A DNA stretch of 64,000 nt from Vitreimonas sp. (GTDB lineage: Bacteria > Pseudomonadota > Alphaproteobacteria > Caulobacterales > Aquidulcibacteraceae), in contig NZ_DASPLU010000011.1 in the NCBI RefSeq assembly GCF_035627415.1, forward strand, positions 24,877 through 88,876, in the 5' to 3' direction. A program made the translations under genes and the position numbers. Within the stretch, counting starts at the first letter, position 1. Every line of letters begins with the position of its first letter. The notes under the pieces were generated by a model. The model ran no database searches. It was given only the letters and a program-made list of their open reading frames with translations, and was not told where the DNA came from. This document shows, one piece after another, positions 56,842-64,000 of the stretch.

Positions 56842-57288
56842 ATGAAAATCCGCGACGTCATGACACCCGATGTCCGCACCATCAATCCGGACGCCACCAT
56901 CCGCGAAGCCGCCCGCCTGATGGCCGAGGCCGATGTCGGCGCACTGCCGGTCGCCTCAGGCGACCGCTTGGCCGGCATGGTCACCGACCGCGACATCGTC
57001 ATTCGCGGCGTCGCCATCGGCAAGGGCGTCGACGCGACCGTCGGCGAGGTGATGAGCCATGAGGTGCTCTATTGCCGCGAGGACGATGACGTCGCCGACG
57101 TCTGCGAGAACATGTCGGACATCCAGGTCCGCCGCTTGCCGGTTGTGAACGCCGACAAGCGCCTGGTCGGCATCGTTTCGCTGGCCGACATTGCCGACAG
57201 CGCCGATTCCGAAGAAGCCGGCGAGGCGCTCGAAGCGATCACCCGCCCCGGCGGCCAGCACAATCAGTCGATGGACGGACGCGCCTGA
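56842..57288 (+). CDS. Stand-alone CBS-pair domain protein
   Basis: ATG 56842 preceded by GGGAGAGG. MKIRDVMTPDVRTINPDATIREAARLMAEADVGALPV, and a second CBS repeat VGEVMSHEVLYC...RRLPVVNADKRLVGIVSLADI. Confidence 0.88.
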   Translation: MKIRDVMTPDVRTINPDATIREAARLMAEADVGALPVASGDRLAGMVTDRDIVIRGVAIGKGVDATVGEVMSHEVLYCREDDDVADVCENMSDIQVRRLPVVNADKRLVGIVSLADIADSADSEEAGEALEAITRPGGQHNQSMDGRA

Positions 57289-57755
57289 TGCCGACGCGCG
57301 AAATCCTCGAGCCGCCGGCTGATTTCGCCATCGACCGCGAAACCCTGGCCTTCATCGTCTTGAAGGCCAGGGCGTTCGACGCTCTGATCGCCTCCGACGA
57401 CCCGACCGACGGCTCCAATGACGCGGACGACCGCTTCGTCGATGCGCTCGAGGATGAAGCCGACAACCCGGCGCAGCGCGAGCTGCGCAGTGCGATCGTC
57501 AGCCTCAACAGTGACGGCCGCGCCCAGCTTGTCGCCCTCGCCTGGCTCGGCCGCGGCGATTACGAAGCCTCCGATTGGCGCGAGGCGGTAGCCGCCGCGC
57601 GCGAACGCGCCGAGGGTTCGACCGCGCGCTATCTCATGGGCATTCCGCTGTTGGGGGATTACATCGAAGAGGGCGCCGACAAGCTCGGCATCAGTCTCGC
57701 CGCCGACGAAGTGCTCGGCGTCGCCGACCCCGACATCGACACCCGCGGCGGCTAG
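57288..57755 (+). CDS. DUF3775-family protein
   Basis: LAFIVLKARAFDA...LVALAWLGRGDY...WREAVAAA...YLMGIPLLGDYIEEG matches my memory of the DUF3775 signature. Start overlaps the CBS gene stop (TGATG). Confidence 0.8.
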   Translation: MPTREILEPPADFAIDRETLAFIVLKARAFDALIASDDPTDGSNDADDRFVDALEDEADNPAQRELRSAIVSLNSDGRAQLVALAWLGRGDYEASDWREAVAAARERAEGSTARYLMGIPLLGDYIEEGADKLGISLAADEVLGVADPDIDTRGG

Positions 57756-58978
57756 GCGCGGCGCACGTTTAGGAAAAGCCGATCCCTCGCCGGCGGCGCA
57801 TTCGGCGCGCCGAGCTGGCCGACATAGAAGTCCGGGCGTCCATCGCCATTGAAGTCCGCCACCTCGATGGCGATGTTCACGCCGGCGACGTCCACGCCGA
57901 GCGCCTCGTCCGTCACGTCTGCGAATCGCCCCGCTCCGTCATTGGCCAGGATGCGGATTGGGCCGCCATTGCCGATGATCGCGTCGAGATCGCCATCGCC
58001 GTCGAAATCGGCGAACTCGGCGTCGAGGCCAAGGTCGGTTTCGACCGGCAGCCGCTCGGCCGTGCCATCGGCGAACCGACCGCGGCCGTCATTGATGTAG
58101 AGCCGGTCCTGCGGCGCTCGGCCCTGCCAGCTGACGTGCGCGAAGTAGAGATCGAGATCGCCGTCGCCGTCCACGTCAGCTGGCGTCACCTTCCGAGCTT
58201 CGACATTGCCCGCCGGCGGAAGGCGCTGCGCCGTCTCGTCGTGGAAGCGCCCTTCGCCGTCGTTGATCCAAAGCGCATGCCCGCCCTCCAGGCCGAGCAC
58301 CAGATCGAGATCGCCGTCGCGATCGATGTCCAAGAATTCGACATCCTGGGCAATCGACGCCTCGGTTGGCAGACGCGCCGCCGTTTCATCGCGGAAGCCG
58401 CCGCGCCCGTCATTGATAAGCAGCCGGTCCTGCCCGTCGCCGCTAACGATCACGTCATCGGCGCCGTCGCCAGTGATATCTGCGTGCGCCACTGCGTTGG
58501 CGACGCTGTCCGGCAACTGACCGTATACGCGTTCGTACGTTCTATCGCCCCGCGCGCGGAAATATTGATGCACATTGCTGCGGCCGAGGCGCTGGTCGTC
58601 CTCGACCACGAGAATCAGATCGAGATCGCCGTCACGGTCAAAATCCGCGATCGACACATCTTCGGAATCCTTTTGCAGCGGATGCTGGATGTGGGCTGGC
58701 CGAGTCAGTTCCGCCGGAGGAGGCGCCGGCAGGGCGTTGACGGCAAGCGTAAATCGGCCGGAGCCGTCATTGATCAGGATGCGGTTGGAACGCCATTCCT
58801 GCGGCGTCACCACGTCGAGATCGCCATCGCCGTCGAGATCGGCGGCGACCGCGTCCATACTTGCATAGGCGACATTATCGTTTGGCAAGTTCGCCGTGGC
58901 GTCTGTGAACCATGGTGTCGCCTGCGCCGCTTCGCCCATCGCGACCAAAGCCGCACAAGCCGCCACAATGATCCGCAT
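57752..58978 (-). CDS. Secreted FG-GAP/VCBS-repeat (integrin-alpha-like beta-propeller) protein
   Basis: Signal peptide MRIIVAACAALVAMGEAAQA. At least six repeats of the D-x-D-G-D-G-D-L-D type (DLDGDGDLDV, DFDRDGDLDL, DIDRDGDLDL, DVDGDGDLDL, DFDGDGDLDA, DFNGDGRPDF). Confidence 0.82.
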   Translation of the reverse strand: MRIIVAACAALVAMGEAAQATPWFTDATANLPNDNVAYASMDAVAADLDGDGDLDVVTPQEWRSNRILINDGSGRFTLAVNALPAPPPAELTRPAHIQHPLQKDSEDVSIADFDRDGDLDLILVVEDDQRLGRSNVHQYFRARGDRTYERVYGQLPDSVANAVAHADITGDGADDVIVSGDGQDRLLINDGRGGFRDETAARLPTEASIAQDVEFLDIDRDGDLDLVLGLEGGHALWINDGEGRFHDETAQRLPPAGNVEARKVTPADVDGDGDLDLYFAHVSWQGRAPQDRLYINDGRGRFADGTAERLPVETDLGLDAEFADFDGDGDLDAIIGNGGPIRILANDGAGRFADVTDEALGVDVAGVNIAIEVADFNGDGRPDFYVGQLGAPNAPPARDRLFLNVRRA

Positions 58979-59068
58979 GGTCCAACCCTCCGCCCACACC
59001 TTCGCAGAACACGCCGAAATTCAGCTCGGAGAATCGACGAAAGCCCTGCGGAAAGCGACCGCTCCACC

Positions 59069-59884
59069 CTAGACCCGCGCATGCAGCTCGGCCGGCGCGC
59101 CGGGCAATGGCGGGCCGCCGAGCCGGAATTGGCGGACGCTCGCGGTCTCGCAGACCCCCTGCACGATGTGCACGACTTCGGTTTCGAGGATGTGCGGCGC
59201 GGGCCGCCGGATCACGCTGAACGCGCACGGCTCGTGACGAACACGCTGCGAAAGCGTACCGCTCGTCACCGAGAGCGCGCGCGTTTCGAACAGACGCGCC
59301 GACGCAAAGTGCAAGTGTCCGCTGAGGAAAAGCTGCGCTCCCGCGTCCGCGAGTTTTCGCAACGCTGAAACGCCGCCGCGCGTTATGCCCTTGATCGGCG
59401 CATCATTGGGCCAATCGAGCGGGTGATGGGTGATGAGGATGCGCAGCGCCCCGGGCGCCGCTTTCTGCAGCTCCGCTGCGGCGACTGCGGTTTGCCCCCT
59501 CGAAATCTCTCCTTGCGCCCAGTTCAGCCGTATTTGCCACGGACGCGCAGTATTCACCGGCACGATTGACCATTTGTCCGTATGCCACGCCTCGATCTGC
59601 AGCCCCTTCTGCGCGCGGCGAATCCGGTCCCACGGAAAGAACAGCCGTCCCCACAGCTCGTAATACGGCACGTCATGATTGCCGGGCGTCAGCATCGCCG
59701 GCACGCCGAGATCACGCATCCAAGCGCAGGCGTTGTCCAACTCGACCTGCAGCCCATCCTTCGAGATGTCGCCGGTGACGATCACCGCGTCGGGCTTGCG
59801 CTCGTCGACGAACTTCGCCGCCGCGGTCAGCGCCGCCTTGTCCTCGCACCCGAAGTGCAAGTCGGTGAGATGCACCAGCTCCAC
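59069..59884 (-). CDS. Calcineurin-like metallophosphoesterase
   Basis: LTDLHFG, VTGDISKDG, PGNHD and ITHHP motifs. Confidence 0.85.
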   Translation of the reverse strand: MELVHLTDLHFGCEDKAALTAAAKFVDERKPDAVIVTGDISKDGLQVELDNACAWMRDLGVPAMLTPGNHDVPYYELWGRLFFPWDRIRRAQKGLQIEAWHTDKWSIVPVNTARPWQIRLNWAQGEISRGQTAVAAAELQKAAPGALRILITHHPLDWPNDAPIKGITRGGVSALRKLADAGAQLFLSGHLHFASARLFETRALSVTSGTLSQRVRHEPCAFSVIRRPAPHILETEVVHIVQGVCETASVRQFRLGGPPLPGAPAELHARV

Positions 59885-59890
59885 TGCGCT

Positions 59891-60808
59891 TCAAACCCCC
59901 TGCGGCACGGCGATCACTCTAGGACCCCGCGGATCGTAGACGACGCGCACGCGGTGAAAAAAGGTCCTAGGCTCACCGTCGAGCGTGGCTGGAATGACGC
60001 CGAGCGAGACGATGTCGCTGGACCTGCACGTGCCGATCTCGACGCTGGGATCGTTGCGCCACGCGGCCGTCAGTGCGCGCAGGCTCACGCGGGCGAGATC
60101 GAGCAAGTGTCTTGCATCGAGCCGCACCCATTCGAGGTTGTCGGCTTGGATGCCGCCTGAGAACGACGGGCAAAGGACGCCGATCGCCTCAGCGCGGCGC
60201 ATAGTTTCCTGATCCCGCCGCGCACGCAGGCTGCGCGAAAACGAGCGCTTCAGCGCCTGACGGAAACGGCGCCACGCCGCGAGCGGTCTGCCCTCGCGCA
60301 TCGCCTCCCGTGCCTTTGCCATGAGCGTCGGCGCGCCGAACAAGGCGGCGACATAGAACGCTTCGCCGTTTGCGCGCCCGGCGGTGAGGCGCGTGATCCT
60401 GCCGCGCTCCAGGGCCGCTTGCAGCGCTTCCGGCCACGTCATTTCGCCATAGAGCGCGCGCGGCAGGATGTTCAGGGTGCCGCCAGGCAGCAAGATCAGC
60501 GGCGGCCCATCCCTGGGTGCAAGTTCGGCGGCCGTGCGCGCCGTGCCGTCGCCGCCGAGAACGACCAGCACGTCGAAGCTCCTCGCCTTGGCCAAGAGCC
60601 GCTTCGACACGTATTTCGCTTCGAAGATCTCGTGATAGACGACGCCGGCGTCCGCGAGCGTTAGCACCAAGCGGTGGTGATCGCCGGGACCGACGCCGCC
60701 GGCCTTGTCGTTGTACAGCACCATCGCCCGCGCGTTCTCTGGAACGGGGCGGGCGCTCTGGCGCGGCGCGCGTTCAGCGGTTGCGGCGGGGTCCATAGCG
60801 AACCCCAA
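59891..60808 (-). CDS. Diacylglycerol-kinase-catalytic-domain lipid kinase (YegS/BmrU-like)
   Basis: VLVVLGGDGTARTA and LLPGGTLNILPRAL motifs. Start uncertain (60808/60796/about 60724). 6-nt gap to the phosphoesterase gene. Confidence 0.8.
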   Translation of the reverse strand: MGFAMDPAATAERAPRQSARPVPENARAMVLYNDKAGGVGPGDHHRLVLTLADAGVVYHEIFEAKYVSKRLLAKARSFDVLVVLGGDGTARTAAELAPRDGPPLILLPGGTLNILPRALYGEMTWPEALQAALERGRITRLTAGRANGEAFYVAALFGAPTLMAKAREAMREGRPLAAWRRFRQALKRSFSRSLRARRDQETMRRAEAIGVLCPSFSGGIQADNLEWVRLDARHLLDLARVSLRALTAAWRNDPSVEIGTCRSSDIVSLGVIPATLDGEPRTFFHRVRVVYDPRGPRVIAVPQGV

Positions 60809-60832
60809 CGCAAGGCGAAAAACGCTTGTTCC

Positions 60833-61444
60833 CTAGTCGTTGATGCTGCCGCCCATGGCTGTCGAACTGCCGCGGTCGGCGCCTTCGCCCGCGACATTGA
60901 TCGTGCCGCCCATCGACGCTGCGCCTTCATAACTCTGGCTGGCGTAGACGCGAGCGTCGCCGCCCATCGCGGCGGCCACATCTGCGGTTTGGCAGAGCAA
61001 TTCATCGGCCCGGATCACCGCGCCCATGGCGGCTGCGGCGTCGAGCGAGCTGCATGTGCCGCGGACACGGACTTCTGCGCCCATCGCAGCGGCAATCTCG
61101 AAGTGCTGCGCATCTACGCCGGTCGCGGTGAGTTCGGCGCCGCGCGCCGCGGCGACACTCTCCAACTCGGGCATGCTGATGCGTACCGTAGCGTCGAGAT
61201 GGCGGCTGCCGAACCAGGGCCGGTTGCGCTGGCGGATCTTAAGGGTGCCGCCCTCGACTTCCGTCAGCACCCGCTCGGCGTCGCGGCCGGAGACGTCGAC
61301 CGCGTACTCCCCGCCCACCGTGATCTCGACCCGGATCTGGTCCTGGGCGCCGACCGAGTCGAAGCCGCGATGATTGCGCGTCTCGGCCATGGCCGGGCCG
61401 GCCATCAGCATGGCGAGTACCGCAGTGACGGCGAGGCGCTTCAT
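60833..61444 (-). CDS. DUF2807 (head GIN domain)-like exported protein
   Basis: Signal peptide MKRLAVTAVLAMLMAGPAMA. Repetitive beta-helix-like segments (AAARGAELTATG / AAAMGAEVRVRG / AAAMGAVIRA / AAAMGGDARVYA). The family call is from memory. Confidence 0.65.
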   Translation of the reverse strand: MKRLAVTAVLAMLMAGPAMAETRNHRGFDSVGAQDQIRVEITVGGEYAVDVSGRDAERVLTEVEGGTLKIRQRNRPWFGSRHLDATVRISMPELESVAAARGAELTATGVDAQHFEIAAAMGAEVRVRGTCSSLDAAAAMGAVIRADELLCQTADVAAAMGGDARVYASQSYEGAASMGGTINVAGEGADRGSSTAMGGSIND

Positions 61445-61621
61445 GATGACTTCCCTCCAAATTCGATGCGCGGCAATGCCTTCGCGCCCTCTAGCAGAGG
61501 AGATGCCGGGCCCGCTCCGGTTGGATGCAGGAAGTTGAGATCCGGCTTCAGTTCCATGAAATCCTGGGTCGGGCGGTCAACCTTCCCCTACGTGACCTGC
61601 CCCCTCCGGGCCCAAGCCGCC

Positions 61622-62209
61622 TCAGGTGATGCTGCCGCGTTGAACGTCGCGCGCGAGGCCGCGTAGCGTCTGCAGGGCACTGGGCCGGTCGAAGCCGATC
61701 GCCGCAGTGTAGTCCACCAGCGTGTGATGCTCGGTCTCGTCGAATTTCCCGTCGGCCACGAACACCGACATCAGCGCCCTCAGCAGCGCCAGCTTCTGCT
61801 CTCGCGAGAAAGCATCGGCCTTCGCAGCGAGGTAAGCGACGAGTTCATCCTTGCTGAGGCGCGCGCGGCCGAACGCGGCCTCCACGCGATCGCCGGCGAA
61901 CCCGGGCGCAAGCTCGCCCATGGCGCGGGTGATCGCGGCCTTCTCTTCGGCGCTGATGCGGCCATCGATTTTTGCAGCGTTGACCAGCGCCTCGAGCGCG
62001 TAGGCTGTGAAGTCGGCGCCGACCGCCGCCTGCGCCTTGCGCGCGCGGAGCGTGCGCACGAACGTGCGCAACGCAAACCAGCCGCCGAGCAGCAGAACGA
62101 GAAGGAAAAGCGCGACCGCCGCGCCCCCGGCGTCTTCCATCTGCGGCTTCGGCGCCGTCGCCGGCGCGACAGGCGCCGCCGAACTCAAGAGAACGATCCC
62201 GCTCGCCAT
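61622..62209 (-). CDS. TerB-like (tellurite-resistance TerB/DjlA N-domain family) membrane-anchored protein
   Basis: Start at ATG 62209. One TM segment (AAVALFLLVLLLGGWFAL), then DGRISAEEKAAI...ALMSVFVADGKFDETEHHTL, typical of TerB-type domains. Confidence 0.65.
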   Translation of the reverse strand: MASGIVLLSSAAPVAPATAPKPQMEDAGGAAVALFLLVLLLGGWFALRTFVRTLRARKAQAAVGADFTAYALEALVNAAKIDGRISAEEKAAITRAMGELAPGFAGDRVEAAFGRARLSKDELVAYLAAKADAFSREQKLALLRALMSVFVADGKFDETEHHTLVDYTAAIGFDRPSALQTLRGLARDVQRGSIT

Positions 62210-62267
62210 GCGACTCCCTCCGGGCGGAGAGTGCCACGCACGATCGGCCAAGTCGACGCAACGCGCC

Positions 62268-63914
<1,647 letters not shown>

Positions 63915-64000
63915 TCAGCCGCCGTTCAGCCCCTGCCCGCCAGCGGCGTGCTTATTGATCGGGGCCGGCGCGCTGGTCGCGCCGAACGGCTTCCACTCCG
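63915..64000 (-). CDS. Possible 3' end of secG (partial, runs off window)
   Basis: Open frame ...EWKPFGATSAPAPINKHAAGGQGLNGG* ending at TGA (63915-17), just upstream of pyrG. secG-pyrG order is common. The call rests mainly on position. Confidence 0.3.
   Translation of the reverse strand, partial: EWKPFGATSAPAPINKHAAGGQGLNGG

Overview
A 64-kb, high-GC chromosomal segment (GC judged by eye, not computed). Gene content and synteny are those of an alphaproteobacterium: pyrG ... eno-ftsB-pdhA-pdhB-pdhC ... lpdA ... lipA-START/COQ10-cinA ... ispDF / ntrBC-ntrYX ... hfq-hflX, a PdhB with an N-terminal lipoyl domain, and a PopA-like REC-REC-degenerate-GGDEF protein. There are about 60 densely packed protein genes, many with 1-4 nt start/stop overlaps, and one tRNA-Ser(UGA). 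I saw no rRNA, CRISPR, transposase, integrase or phage genes. Most genes are core functions: DNA repair (recG, mfd), nucleotide/replication (tmk, holB, tatD, mazG, pyrG), envelope (rlpA, DD-carboxypeptidase, ldcA plus a Mur-type ligase, ftsB), CoA-transferases (mcr-like, scoAB), nitrogen two-component systems, ispDF, and lipoate/PDH. The best candidates for something undescribed are: (1) an apparently lower-GC AAA+ ATPase plus HExxH-zincin/VWA two-gene cassette wedged directly after mfd; (2) a PDH operon with four small non-PDH genes (MAPEG, DUF5076-like, GFA, membrane protein) translationally coupled into it; (3) a dense GANTC (CcrM-site) cluster in front of ftsB; (4) an NtrC lacking the GAFTGA sigma-54 contact loop, plus other atypical signalling proteins; (5) a low-GC patch of orphan membrane proteins. 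All functional calls rest on motif recognition by eye and remembered family signatures; no database search or computation was possible.
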